From positions 92,668-156,667 of the forward strand of contig NIVC01002616.1 in NCBI GenBank assembly GCA_002269645.1: a DNA stretch of 64,000 bases, given 5' to 3'. The notes below the pieces were generated by a model, which was given only the letters and a program-made list of their open reading frames with translations, had not been told where the DNA came from and searched no databases. Source of the DNA: Macrostomum lignano (taxonomy: Eukaryota). Shown one piece after another: positions 18,746 to 32,178 of this stretch; position 1 is the stretch's first letter; every line of letters begins with the position of its first letter. The position numbers and the translations under genes are program-made.

Positions 18746-19559
18746 CCTTAGTCACCTCTCTGATGGATTTTCTGGAGGGGTTGATGGGCGGCACGGACCT
18801 CTGCGTACGCCACTGGATTACCTAGCAACCTTGCTCAAGCGTCACATTCTCACAGATACTGGACTTTCGTAAGTAAACAGATACCGAATCGATGCTTAAA
18901 GAAATTGTCAACTGTCGCTGCAAATGCAACATCAACATTGCGCTACCTGAGCGTGGACGGCCACAAGAAGCATCGCGATGGCAAACACGACGAGTTGAGG
19001 TCGCACGAGTCGCAGCATTTTTTGATATTTTTGACTTCGATTTTAAAAATCAAACTTTTCACTGAGGGGATTGCTTTCTTCGATGCTGAGGTCCTCTCCA
19101 CGCACACATCATTTCTATTTATGCTTTTTAAGCCCTAACGTTTGAAGGGAAAATTTTTGACCAATTTTAATTTAAAGTGGCAATTACTTTTTTGACTTAC
19201 AGCTGAGACGAAAATTGCAACTAAATGGTGTAGTTATTGTGCACCCAGTTGAACTTAAAAAATTAACCGATAGTCGATAAAATGGATATTGATTAGTCTG
19301 CGGAAGTTGGACTGAACGGGATCAACTAATTGATGAGCTTTCCATTCTGCATCAACAGCCAGTTGCTCAGAGATTTATATAGGGCAATTAAAAGCAGGAA
19401 GTCGCATATTTTCGAACTTTCCATTCTGCATCAATCGCCAGTTGCTCAGACATTTATATAGGGCAATTAAAAGCAGGAAGTCGCATATTTTCGCTTTAAA
19501 GCTAGCGTCCAGACATTGTATTCAGCAAAATTACCCACAATCTAAAGGTGCAATCAAAC

Positions 19560-19584
19560 AATCAATCTATCAATCTATCAATCC

Positions 19585-19628
<44 letters not shown>

Positions 19629-19727
19629 GTCTATCTATCTATCTGTCTATCTATCTATCTATCTATGCAATATCTATCTATCTATCTATCTATCTGTCTA
19701 TCTATCTATCTGTCTATCTATCTATCC

Positions 19728-19803
<76 letters not shown>

Positions 19804-19820
19804 GTCTATCTATCTATCTG

Positions 19821-19915
<95 letters not shown>

Positions 19916-19940
19916 ATCTATCTATCTATCTATCTATCTG

Positions 19941-20039
<99 letters not shown>

Positions 20040-20075
20040 GTCTATCTATCTATCTATCTATCTGTCTATCTACTA
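19560..20075. repeat. (TATC)n microsatellite
   Basis: Direct reading. Confidence 0.97.
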
Positions 20076-20464
20076 CGTAGCAACTCCTCACGAACATCGC
20101 TAGAATCAGACCGCTGAGGTAGATGAACTGCTGAAATCACAGGGAGATTCGTCTTTCATCACGTCGGCACAAAAATAAAGCCTAGGCCTCCATGGGCTCG
20201 ATTCGCCATCCTAACCGCCGCACAGCAATCAGCTTGTCTATGGCTATCATTGGGCGCCTTTGACCGTTAAAGACAGCAGGGCGAGATCGTCGTTGTAGCC
20301 ATGCATACAAGCACGCTGAAGTCCGCTGCTCGGGTTTGTGTCCACCCACGTGTCACAGCAGCAGAAAGCCATCGTTGCATTAAATAAACTTGAATTTAAC
20401 TGCATATGGGTATCTGGCGTAAGTCTAATGAGTCTACTGACAAACTGCACAGATTTGTTCGTGC

Positions 20465-20655
<191 letters not shown>

Positions 20656-20922
20656 GCGGCAGTCAACATCGGCCATTGCAAAATCAGTCGGAGCTGCCCT
20701 GCAGGACGTACATGTACGTAGACTGAGGGCGGTGTTCTGATCCTGGCGTTGGTCGAAACCATGCATACGCTCGTATAATCTCACAACGCTAAAAGCCGTA
20801 ACGCTGACGGAGTCAATTGCGACAAGCTGTGCATGTGCATGTGCATGATGTAATATTGTCGGCGAAAACTTTCAGCACAAACATTAAATTATTCTAAGAG
20901 TTTTTTAATCGTGCTCAGCGGA

Positions 20923-21006
20923 CAGTGGCGGCGCATCACCTCTGAATGGGGGGGGCAGTTGGTCAACCGGGCCTGCAGCCTACCCGCACCCCGTTCGCCA
21001 TCACTG
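20923..21006. mobile_element. Tiny degenerate hAT-like MITE (84 bp)
   Basis: CAGTGGCGGCG / CGCCATCACTG ends; flanks TCAGCGGA / TCGGTGGA (6/8). Confidence 0.5.
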
Positions 21007-24000
21007 TCGGTGGACACAAGGACTTCTAGACTAGCTAGTCTAGAAGTCCTTGGGTGCACATACAGATGATCAGACTGTATAAAAGTCCGTCAGTCGTGTC
21101 AGACAACTGCTCGTGGAGTCATTTTTAAATAAGATAAAATTTGTTTTAGTCTGCATGGTAAATTGTCTTCTATATCGCTTCTGTTGTGTCTGAAAATACA
21201 ATAGGCAATACTCTTTATATTGAAATTGGCTATTTAAAAGATAGACAGCTGTGAATAGGTTTTTAATTTGTCTGATGCTATAGTCTATTTCTTATTCCGG
21301 CACTAATTTAAATGACAAAAATTTTACCTCTCCCGGGGTCGTTCTCAAAGCTAGGTCACAACTTTTTGTTATTGCAAAAAAAGTTTATACATCGACCAAT
21401 AATCGTACAAAAAAAATTATTTCGACAATTTCTGTAAGAAGCTGCTACTAAAACCACAAGAAAACTTGAAATTGAGAAGAAATCAAGGCTATTTGTTATT
21501 CTTTGTTGCGGAAAATAAACGACAAAAATATTAAAGAGAAAATAAAATTTTCTTCTATTTTTATTTTAAATATGCAGTTAAATTTCTTTTGCAAAAATAA
21601 AAGAACAAGAAATTGACAAAGGAAATGTTTTTGAGCACAGCATTTTGTTACTCTGCTCTAAATCCCAGACATTTAAAATTATCGTGTGCGAAAAAGTGCG
21701 AAATTATTATAGCATGCACTCGAAAGGACTTCGATCAGTTTAACTAATCACTGAATTAAGAAGTCTAAATAAGTCTTGAAAAGTTGAATTAAAAATCAAG
21801 TTTTCACTATGTATCTTTTCAAAGTCAAGATGATTCGACAAATAAAGAATGTTCATTTTTACGGTGAATAGAATTGTTCATTTTTACATTAAATATAATA
21901 AAATCTAACTAATAATAGAAAAAGTCAGGGAACTATCCTTGAACACCAAAAAGCACATTGTGGATTTAATATCAACTGCATGTTCCTTAATAAAGGAATT
22001 CGGATTCTAGTATATATTTGATTATTTGTAGCATAATTTCTGAAAACTATAACTTGCTTGATTTTACTTTAAGTACTTATTACATTAATACTTATACCAA
22101 AGCTGCATGTACTTAAAATAAAAAATTATAGTTACTTATTAGACATTTTACTCCAATTAACTTAAAATAATTCAAATTTATTTTAATCAATTCATTTTTT
22201 GAAACTTTTTGGAAAATAGACAAAATTGAATTATTTAATTACCAAAAACCTACTAGCTTAACTAAAATAGCAGTTAGTCTTTAAAAAAAGATTTCACTTG
22301 TTAATTGAGAAAAATGAGGGTGTGCGAGGTGTAAAAATGCGAAAGAGCATGCAGGAAACAGAGACAAACAAAAATGTAGGTAAAAGACACTGCACATGCA
22401 CATAATATGATAACCAGACATAATGCGCACACTGAAACACCAGTAGCAATGACGCCCAAGCTTTTGATGATCACAAGCGAAAAGGCAAAACCCAGCCATC
22501 AATCAAAGAAGTAGACTATAGCACGCATCTTGAGTGCATCACGCATTTTTTGCAGAGAAGCTCGAAAATTAACATTGTATTCTGTGCACAACCACCAACT
22601 GCGACAGGGTCTGCCGGGGGATTTGTGGGCACGCGGTCGCGGATACAAATCGGAGGAGTCGCTGACCATTCTGAAATTACTAGCTAGTACATGTAATTTT
22701 GTGTATTAATATATTTAGCCCGCTTTATTTCTATGCTCTCGTCCGCCTCTCGTTAATGCATCCCCAGACTCATGGAATAATCAAACTTATGATCGAACTA
22801 TGCATGGCTTCCGTCCCTCGCTTTGAATCTCTCACCTCCCCATAGTTCCATCAACCTTACCGTAGTGGCTTCCTATGCAAAAATCATCCCTCCGCATCTT
22901 ACACAGGCTACTTCAGGCTGTAGACTGTACTACACTATTAATTAGTTGCGCTAAGGAATCTACATGTATTTTGCTCGCAGCGCAACGCGCTGCTCAAAGA
23001 AGTTTAGATCTATCTAGATATTCTAGTAATTTCAGGTTTGTCCATAGACTAGAGCTCATGAGATGAGAATTCCATTAACTAGTACATTTAATATGAATGA
23101 ACTGCGTGTGTGTGTGCTGTGCATACATATGTATAATATACGAGTAGTTTATGGGCCAAATTATTGTGTGGCACAATTCTTGGCATCACTCAGCAGGCAC
23201 AAGATGCAGTTAAGCAGCGCACGAAAATTCTACAAAAGAAATTGAGCCTGGTTGAGGTGATGCGAGGAGGCAGATCCACACAATCTCAGTGAATACACCA
23301 GACTGCACCAGATACGAGTCCAGTCGAATGTGCGCACTGGTCTAAGCAGCACACGCATGTCCTTCTGACAATGACGGCACCTAGCTTCGTCCAAGCCTTT
23401 GCCAGCGTCACTGACAGCGTCAATACTACCATGCAGTGCCACCTGCAGCACCGACAACGGCAATTCCTCCAGTTAGCCCACAACAGTGGCTAAACTGAGG
23501 GACATGGAACCTACCCGCAGAAGACACACACATACACACACAGCACCGGCAGCAGCACTCTGACAGCATAACCTAAAGCTCCATGAGCTCAGTTTTCAAG
23601 CATTGAAGAAGCAGAAGCAGTCATCTTGAATCCAGGGATCAGGAAGAGTGTTGCATGTCCGACATGTGCTGTTTCCGTGGCAAAAGGTGATGGAGCAAAT
23701 TAATCAACACTTACTATCTAGCTCGTATTAAGACTAAAAAACTGAGGCAAGCTGGGATTAAACCAAAGAAAATTTTTTACTATACTTTTTTACCATGTAC
23801 TTTTACTATACTTCTATAGTATAGTAGAGAGGTACTCTATTTAAATGCAGTAAGAAGTGAAACAAATTTATATATTTAATTATTAAAATTAAATTAATTC
23901 AAGGTAAATAACTAATTTAACCAATTTATTAGAAGTATTTAATATTTTAATAAATTGATTTTTATACCTTACACGAAATAAGCTCTACATTCATTTCTTA

Positions 24001-25177
24001 GCTTGGGGCCCATCTGTATAAGGTCAGTTTCTTCAAAATGCTGATTAATTAATTAAGGCCTGTTGTCTTTACTTAAATTTATAAGGGCATCTTAGAAGTT
24101 AATATTACTATATAATACATGTATAATATTATTACTATATTATAATAATATAGTTGCAATTTTAATGACTATTGAATAAGTCTAAATGCTTCCCCTATTG
24201 ACTCTAAATATATGGTATCTTTACCTTCAGAAAAAATTAGCATAGAATGACTTGATGAAAACAAAAAAAATCATTTCGAGATACACATTTGCTGATCATT
24301 CAGGTCAAATTTCAAGGTCCAGTTTTGCACATGTTTCTCTGTAGCTTGGTTACAAGGATTTTAATAAAAATATAATAAATATGTCCAATGTACTAACTGA
24401 TACATAGCCAAATTGAAGTATTTTCAAAAACAAAAAAAATCATTTGCTCAGTTTACTTTACTGGATATCTGTGTAAAATTTCAGCTCAAAAGGTGCTCCA
24501 TGGAGAATGCTAGTGTGGTTACAGGATATTTATTTTGTGCTTCAAAGTAGGAGTTTATTGCGATGCATGGTTGCTTTTAATTATTTTTATCAACAATAGT
24601 GCTCTATTTCATAACAATTTTTTACAAAAAGATAAAAAGACATGTTTTTCTAATTATCTGCATCAAAATGTATCATTTTAAGCGCACATTCTAGACGTCA
24701 GCTGAAAAAATACATTTTGTGAGACGCAAAGAGGCTATCCCACCGGAAATGCTAGGCGTACAGTTAAGCGTCTATAAAATCATTTATAGTGCAGTTTATT
24801 GAGCTTTAAAAAAATCTTAAATTAAATTTATATAAGCTTTAATTTTAAATGTAATATAGCAAGGTTTCAACACAACAACAACTTTTTTTTAGCTACAGAC
24901 ATCTTGTAGTACCAAAAATTAACATCGGTGAAATGATTGAATTTGAATTTTTTCATCGCTAATTATCGCTTAATACCGCCAGATGATTAAAAAACACTTT
25001 TGCATGATAAAGTTTAACCCAAAAATTATCTTTATTCACAGATAAAAGTGTCCTATTATTTTCAATATGGCAGTAACAATAGTAAATGTTCGGAAAATTG
25101 TTAAAATTTTTGCTCCTCCTAGAATTTGCGAACGACCCCCCGAGGCCATGAATGAAGAATACTAGCCTAGTATGTAA

Positions 25178-25371
25178 TACGAGGGGTGTTTTAAAAGTAA
25201 CGAGATTTTGTTAGAACTTTAGACTGAATGAACTTATGAACTTGAAATTTTATCCAACAATTTTATACATTAAATACATTAACTTTATTTTGAGCCTTGT
25301 ATAGCTGTGTAATCGTTGATGATGATGAAAGTCCCCTCGAATTTTAGAAAGACCCCTCCCTCTACCTCGTA
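25178..25371. mobile_element. Degenerate mariner-like MITE remnant
   Basis: TACGAGGGGTGTTTTAAAAG start and GACCCCTCC..CCTCGTA end; TA flanks. Confidence 0.45.
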
Positions 25372-25992
25372 CAATACAATTTAATTGATCTAGGCGGTAT
25401 AACATTGGACGGCAATGTTGAACTTATAATAGAATACCTGATTCGTCTCTGTTACTTTAAGTTTGATTACATTAATTTACAATACAAAGAATAAAACTCC
25501 CTCAATTCCCTAAAAATACCTAGGGCTAGGCTAGGCCTAACTAAACACTGATTGTCCAATGTCCAAACGACCAAAGTTACATAAACTTAAACTGAACTTA
25601 CCGAAGCAGTGAATGCTTTGGCTATTATTGGATGCCTGAATTCTGTTGTATACTTTTCTTTTTTATTATACTAATAGGCCTAGGCCTAACTAGGCCTAGA
25701 TTTATTCTGTCATGCTAAAATATGTAGGCCTATTCTTTCCTATTCTATGCTAGCCTGTAATACTAGTAGGCCTACCTAGTATTGGTGGTTTTTATTTGCA
25801 TGATAAATAAGCAAGAATCAGACATCATTTTTTCAAATGATTAGGGGCCTACTAACCTGTCCTAAGATGTGATACTTGTATAAAATTAGAGGCTTTTATA
25901 TTTTAAATTGAACTTAAGGTAAAGAATAGGCCCCTAAGTTCTAGGATTTAAAATTAAAATATAACACATTAATAACAATATATCAATAAAAT

Positions 25993-26032
<40 letters not shown>

Positions 26033-26209
26033 GATTTTATTCCTAGGCCTATCTGCCTATGGCTATAGTACTAGTAGGGCCTAACAGTTTTTATAGGCCC
26101 TATTAGGTTAGGCCTACTATATAAGTTTCACATTACAATAGGCTTATCCTATATTAATATTTTATAAGTTTTTGGAATAGGACCTATATAATATAATACT
26201 AATTAGGCC

Positions 26210-26770
26210 TACGGGTCAGTTAAGATCTCAATCTCAATCATCTAAATCTTGGCACTTTTTTCAATTTTGATTTCAGTTTTGAGATCTCAAAAAATGTCAA
26301 GATTTGCAATTATATAATTATTTGTAACTATAATATTATTTGGTTATGGCTAGAGGTTGGATAAGATCTTGATTGTCAAAATATCAATACTTTTTTGAAA
26401 CTCAATCTTGGTTTTAAGATCTCAAAAAAGTCAAGATTTGTGACTAGGAGACTAGGACCATTGTATTGATGACTGTGACTGACTATTATCATATATTTAT
26501 TTTTTATTTACATCAAGTTACTAACGTTAACAAGCTTAGTATTATATAATAATTGTTTTTCCTTCTACAATATTTTATCATCATTATACACATACACATT
26601 TAGCAAATAATATTATTAGCCCTGATGGATAAAATAGTATAAATAAGTCTATTTAGATAAGTCTAGATGCTAATTAGGCTTCATCTTAAATCTTGATTGA
26701 TTCTCAACTATCTTAAAGCATAGATCTCAAGTTTAAAAAATCTCAAAAATGTGGCATTATCTAACCCTTA
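26210..26770. mobile_element. Degenerate hAT-type element fragments; ~100-bp end segment repeated at 29015-29115
   Basis: GGGTCAG / CT(G/A)ACCCT ends, AGATCTCAA repeats, direct similarity 26672-26770 vs 29015-29115. Confidence 0.45.
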
Positions 26771-27146
26771 GTTATAGTGATTTTTTAGTTTGTTTTCTGA
26801 TATTATTTTTAAGTTTGAGTTAGTTCTGCAACATAATAGTAGAAAATAATGTCTGGCCAAAAGGGATAAAAATGGTATCAGAAAATTTTCTAGCCTCTAG
26901 CTCTTATCTACTGCTTTATCTTTTACTTTATCTATTGCTTTATATATCACTATATCTACTGCTATATATATCACTAAGTTTATTGCCATATCTGTTGCTA
27001 TACAAGGTGGATCCATTGAAATGTCACATTTTCATTTTTTGTTTTTATTTTTTTGGTTTTTGGCATATAAAAGCTAAGCACATAGGGTTTTGCTTTTATA
27101 TCTGTATTTGACCTGTGAGATAAGTTTTACAGAAATTGCTCATACT

Positions 27147-28605
27147 ATGTCTGCATATGAGGAGATCTGTCAAAAGATCTTTGAGAAACTTCAAGCAGGA
27201 GAGCCTCCTATATCAATTTCTTGGCATCTTGGAATTTTGAAAAACCAAGTCTATTGAACCAAGCAACTTTTTGTGGTAACTGGTAGTGTTAAGGCATGTC
27301 ATGGAGTAGAGGTCAGACGGGATTGAAATCTTCGGGTGGGATCGGAATTGGGAAAAATTTTTTCTCGGGATCGGGATCAGGATCAGGATTCAGGAATTGG
27401 GATCAGGTCTTTTAGTGTATTGTCCATGTAAAGTTAAACAAAATTGAGAAAAGATTGTCAAGATCAAGAAGTAAAACACAACAAAATTGATATGAAGTTT
27501 TGTAACCAACAAAGTAAATAATGTAATGAGTACAAGTTAAAGCAAAATACCTTCAAGTAATCACTAATTCTATAAATTATTAATTGAAAGACCTGTTCCC
27601 GAATCTCGAATTTTTTAGGGTCAGGATTCTGGTCTTGCGGAAATTCAATTCTCCTCGGATCTCGAGATTTCGGGATCAGGGTTGGGATCTCGTCCAACCT
27701 CTATCATGGAGGTGGGTATAGTCATACTGCTCACAGGGACCAAGTATTGGTCATTTCTTCTATTGGCAGCTACATTGACAAAAATTTTTTCATCTAAGAA
27801 GAAGTGCACTAGGTGTAGATACAACCAGCTAAGCAGTTGCTTGTCTTGTATCTTTCTAATGAATTTCTAGGCTTCTAAACAAGAAATGCCAACAAACTAG
27901 AAACTACTAACTCTGTTTTTCACTCTAATATCATCTTTGAGCAGTTGGTTCATTGTCTTGTTACTCTTATACACTATTCCATAGTCCCAAAAGCTGTTGA
28001 GAACTTTGTCTTGGGTTCCTACAGATGCACATTTTTACAGCCTTGATGACATTTTTTGTGGCTATGTAAGTATGTAAAAGATATCCCAGACAATGCTCGT
28101 ATGGTGCAGTGCAGCAAAAATCTTGCTTCTGTCATGGTACTAGGGGTCATCAGCTCTGGACAAAAGTGCCCCCCCCCAATTTTCATTGACCCTAGTGCTC
28201 AGCTCAATGCTGTTGGCTGGGGCCTATCAAGAGCTGCTGCAAAACAAAGTGCTGCCATGGCTAAATCAGCACTACCCAAGTGGCCAATATGTATTCTAGC
28301 AAGATGGTGCACCTGCACATACTTTGACAACCATGCTGACCTTCCTATCAAAGAATTTTGCAAGTTATTGGCCAAAAGACTTCTGGCCACCTTTGCCACT
28401 AGATCTTAATCCACTAGATTATTATTTCTAGGTGCAAATGGAGTGTGAGGTATGTCGCATATCTCACCACAATCTCAAGTTGTTGCACACCTCCATCTCA
28501 AAAGCATGTGATAAAATCCCATCAGCTGAAGTGCAAAAAGCTGTTGGTAGATTTCAAGCTGGGCTGTAGAAAATTGTAGAAGTAGATGGCAGTTACATTG
28601 AATAA
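27147..28605 (+). pseudogene. DD37D transposase pseudogene (stops, frameshifts, MITE insertion)
   Basis: N-terminal HTH-like MSAYEEICQKIFEKLQAGEPP..LGI; ASVMVLGVISS; QDGAPAHT..WPKDFWPPLPLDLNPLDYYF with 37 residues between the last two catalytic D; C-terminal KIVEVDGSYIE*. Confidence 0.9.
27307..27703. mobile_element. hAT-type MITE (397 bp) nested in the maT transposase
   Basis: TIR TAGAGGTCAGACG / CGTCCAACCTCTA; perfect 8-bp TSD TCATGGAG (27299-27306, 27704-27711); removal restores ..ACHGGGYSHT reading frame. Confidence 0.92.
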
Positions 28606-30087
28606 ATTTGTTCCTGATAGTGTTGATCATTTACCAAATGCATTTTTGCTCTGCACTTTTGCTTGTTTGAATCAAGTCAAAATATACTCAGTACTAAAAA
28701 GTGTGACCTTTCAATGGATCCATCTTGTATCTATCACTCTAGCTACTGCTCCATTTACTTCTCTATAAACTGCTCTATCTAGTGCTCAGAGGCACTGTGT
28801 TCTAGTACCAATTCAAACTCAATGTCATAAGAAAATAAAATAAAATAATATCACAAAGCATACTAGAAGCAAACCATATTATCATGTTAACAATGTTACC
28901 ATGTTAACGATGTTATCATTGTTTTTCTTTCTATTATCATCATAGTATACATTTAACAAGTTATAATATTAGCATTAATAGATAAACTATAGTATAAATA
29001 TGCCTACTAGATACTAATTAGGCTTAATTTCAAATCTCAATTGAATCTCAATTATCTCAAAAGTAATAGATCTCAAGTCTAAAAAATCTCAACAATTTGA
29101 TATTGTCTGACCCTAATACTTATGTCTATAGTTATAGTCATATACAAATGGTCCTTTTTATCTGTTCTTAGGGCATATATGCAAATGGTTATTCTTACAT
29201 GCAAGTTAAATCTGTAAAAAAACTAAGAAATCATTAAATTATAGTTTGTTTTTTGAGCTAAATAAAAAATTGAGATTTAATATTATCAACAAATATTTTT
29301 GTTATATTCGTAACCATATCTTTTCCAAAACCCTATAAATATAAGCCTATATATAAGCCTATTTCACCACAAATAAAACAGACCTCTCCCATTTTGAAAA
29401 CTCTTGCTTATGTTCTCAGATAAAAACTACTTATAAATATAGAATTCCTAAATGAGTTATTCAATTTGGAGTCATTAGACTGAATAAGATTTGCAGTGCT
29501 AAGTAATATTATGGGCCTATAGTTATATACTAAGTCTATTTTCAAATATAGGATTAAAGTTGCTTAGTGCATTTTCCCCTCAAGGATTTTCTGGATTTAT
29601 CCCTGATTAAAAAATAGGGATAGAGTGAAATATGTATCCTATTACTAGTTTACCTTGGTCAGCTTTGTCATTTCTATAAGTCTGGCAGAAATCCAACAAT
29701 ATTCTTAGCTTAATGCTTGAACCACATTTTGTATAGTTAGTTTTACTGCCATTGATAAATACTTATATTGCAAAGCTTGCTATTAAATATTCATATACAA
29801 GCTATTAAAACCTGCAGATTTTTAACTCACTGAGTTCTAATCCTTAGAACATTTTTGCAAAATTTCTTTAATTTAATTTCTTTAATAACTCAAACAAAAA
29901 CTTGTTAATAGTTAGGATATAAGTTTGAAGAAATGGAGTAAATTTTTGTTAAATTACATCTTAACTATCTTAATTTAAAGTTCAACAAGTACCTCATTTT
30001 GGAAATATTTCTGCCTTAAATTCTGTCAGATTTTATTTGGTTTGCTGAAATTCCAAATTCCAACAAAATATTAGTGATAGTGAGCCA

Positions 30088-32178
30088 ATGTCTGCAAATA
30101 ATGATGCCACAGCTTATGAACAGTGCCTTAGACGATCGCTGGCTGCAATTCTGATTGACTGTGGATTTCAATCCAGTACTAGAAGGTGTCTTCGCTTACT
30201 CCAGGTTAGCTTATTTGCTGGTTATTGTGTAATAGCACTCGAGAATCACATTGGCCGCCCCAAAGCCCTTAAGAATGGCTTTAGACACCCTGTTGAAAAC
30301 CTCACCGTACCCAACAAGTCATGGTGTTAGCGCTTAACTGTCTACTAGCTCAAGTAGACCAAATAGTAAACTTAGTAATTCTACAGAGACTTTAGCACGG
30401 CTCAAGACTGGGATCGCTTTCATAAGTCCGAAATTGCACAACGTCGAAAGCTTCCGTCCGTTTCGGTCTTCTGAAGCCCCCTCCTCCTAGAGTCATTATA
30501 GAAGCGTCACCCCAGAGTCGCTTGCGTCACCCCAGAGTCGCTTGCATCACCCCAGAGTCGCTTGCGTCACCCCAGAGTCGCTTGCGTCACCCCAGAGTCG
30601 CTTGCGTCACCCCAGAGTCGCTTGCGTCACCCCAGAGTCGCTTGCGTCACCCCAGAGTCGCTTGCGTCACCCCAGAGTCGCTTGCGTCACCCCAGAGTCG
30701 CTTGCGTCACCCCAGAGTCGCTTGCATCACCCCAGAGTCGCTTGCGTCACCCCAGAGTCGCTTGCATCACCCCAGAGTCGCTTGCGTCACCCCAGAGTCG
30801 CTTGCATCACCCCAGAGTCGCTTGCGTCACCCCAGAGTCGCTTGCATCACCCCAGAGTCGCTTGCGTCACCCCAGAGTCGCTTGCATCACCCCAGAGTCG
30901 CTTGCGTCACCCCAGAGTCGCTTGCGTCACCCCAGAGTCGCTTGCGTCACCCCAGAGTCGCTTGCGTCACCCCAGAGTCGCTTGCGTCACCCCAGAGTCG
31001 CTTGCATCACCCCAGAGTCGCTTGCGTCACCCCAGAGTCGCTTGCATCACCCCAGAGTCGCTTGCGTCACCCCAGAGTCGCTTGCATCACCCCAGAGTCG
31101 CTTGCGTCACCCCAGAGTCGCTTGCATCACCCCAGAGTCGCTTGCATCACCCCAGAGTCGCTTGCGTCACCCCAGAGTCGCTTGCGTCACCCCAGAGTCG
31201 CTTGCGTCACCCCAGAGTCGCTTGCGTCACCCCAGAGTCGCTTGCGTCACCCCAGAGTCGCTTGCGTCACCCCAGAGTCGCAGACAATAAAACGCCCCAA
31301 ATTGACTCTTAAACCGCACGGTTGATGCCCCGAACTGCAGAACCCGCACCATTTGCACCAATCAGGCCGCTCTCGAGCACTTTCTCAGCCAAGTTGGCCA
31401 AAGCGCCCGAGCCTACGCTGAGGCCTGCGGCCGTACCCAGCCAGTACTTGGCGACGCCACAATGGCTCTGGTTGACTATGGCGTCACCGTATCCTCGCTA
31501 ATCGATTTCGCCAGACAGCCCAGACCAGCTGGCACTGGCGGGCAGCAGCAGCGTCAGCAGCGCAACATACCGGCCGTGTTTGGTCACGACTGGCTGGCTG
31601 AAGCCGCTCTGAAGCGGCAATCTACAGCTGCTACTAGCGATAGAAGAGCTCAGCAGCAGACAGACAGGCCCAATCACATCCCGGATCATCTGCCGCCTTA
31701 TCCGCGGCCGCACACATTTGTATCAACGCCTGCATTCCGTCTTCGCCGTTGTCATTAACAACAGCGAGCATTGGACGATACTAGCACTAATCATCACAAT
31801 ACTACTAATAATAGTAGTAATAATGATCCGTTAGACGATCTGCTAGATCAGCAATCCGACGATGTTGACATTTATCGTCGACGCGGCGCCGAGCACCGAC
31901 GCCAGACAGAGCTGTCGCTAACCAGATTCTTAGCCGCCACTGGCCAGACTCATTCCCTGTTCCCAGACGAATTCACTGCTGCAGCTACAGCAGCTTCTAA
32001 TCCGTTTCGATTGACAGCTAACGAGCTCAGTGCTAAGCCCTATGTGGCCGCTCTGACTGGTGGCGATGCTCAACGGCATCAGAGCTCAGAATCTGCCAGT
32101 CCGTCATCTCTGTCGCCTGGGAAGCCGCGGCCGAATCACCCGAATCCTTATCTTAGGCCGGCTAAATTCCCGCTGTAA
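30088..32178 (+). CDS. TAF8: TFIID subunit 8; exons 30088-30204 and 31366-32178; in-frame TAA at 31756-31758 (possible pseudogene or sequence error)
   Basis: Histone-fold segment LAAILIDCGF..LEHFLSQVGQSARAYAEACGRTQPVLGD; TAF8_C motifs HIPDHLPPYPRPHTFVSTP and LSLTRFLAATGQTHSLF, PYVAAL; phase-0 GT-AG intron. Confidence 0.88.
30505..31281. repeat. 20-bp minisatellite (CACCCCAGAGTCGCTTGCGT) in TAF8 intron
   Basis: Direct reading; single G/A variant site. Confidence 0.97.

Larger units (their letters stand above)
14150..19500. repeat. Large diverged inverted duplication: left arm ~14150-16925, right arm ~17915-19500, ~1-kb spacer
   Basis: Collinear reverse-complement matches, e.g. 15373-15420 vs 18870-18921, 15240-15300 vs 19075-19135, 15010-15110 vs 19250-19350, 16735-16920 vs 17915-18095, 14160-14215 vs 19440-19495. 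Confidence 0.9.
27003..28727 (+). mobile_element. Full-length degenerate Tc1/mariner element, DD37D (maT) family
   Basis: ~30-bp TIR CAAGGTGGATCCATTGAAATGTCAC / GTGACCTTTCAATGGATCCATCTTG; TA TSDs (27001-27002, 28728-28729); ~1.32 kb after removing nested MITE. Confidence 0.92.

Noticed and set aside
22280-22530. snRNA/snoRNA-like sequence on minus strand
   Set aside because: No U1-U12 or box C/D pattern could be matched.
22500-23690. Cys-rich or Sushi-like minus-strand exons (EWSATPPICIR; FCHGNSTCRTC)
   Set aside because: Short frames with stops, and no consistent exon chain or full domain pattern could be assembled.
30522-31325. 242-267 aa ORFs in all three frames
   Set aside because: Stop-free 20-bp repeat inside the TAF8 intron.
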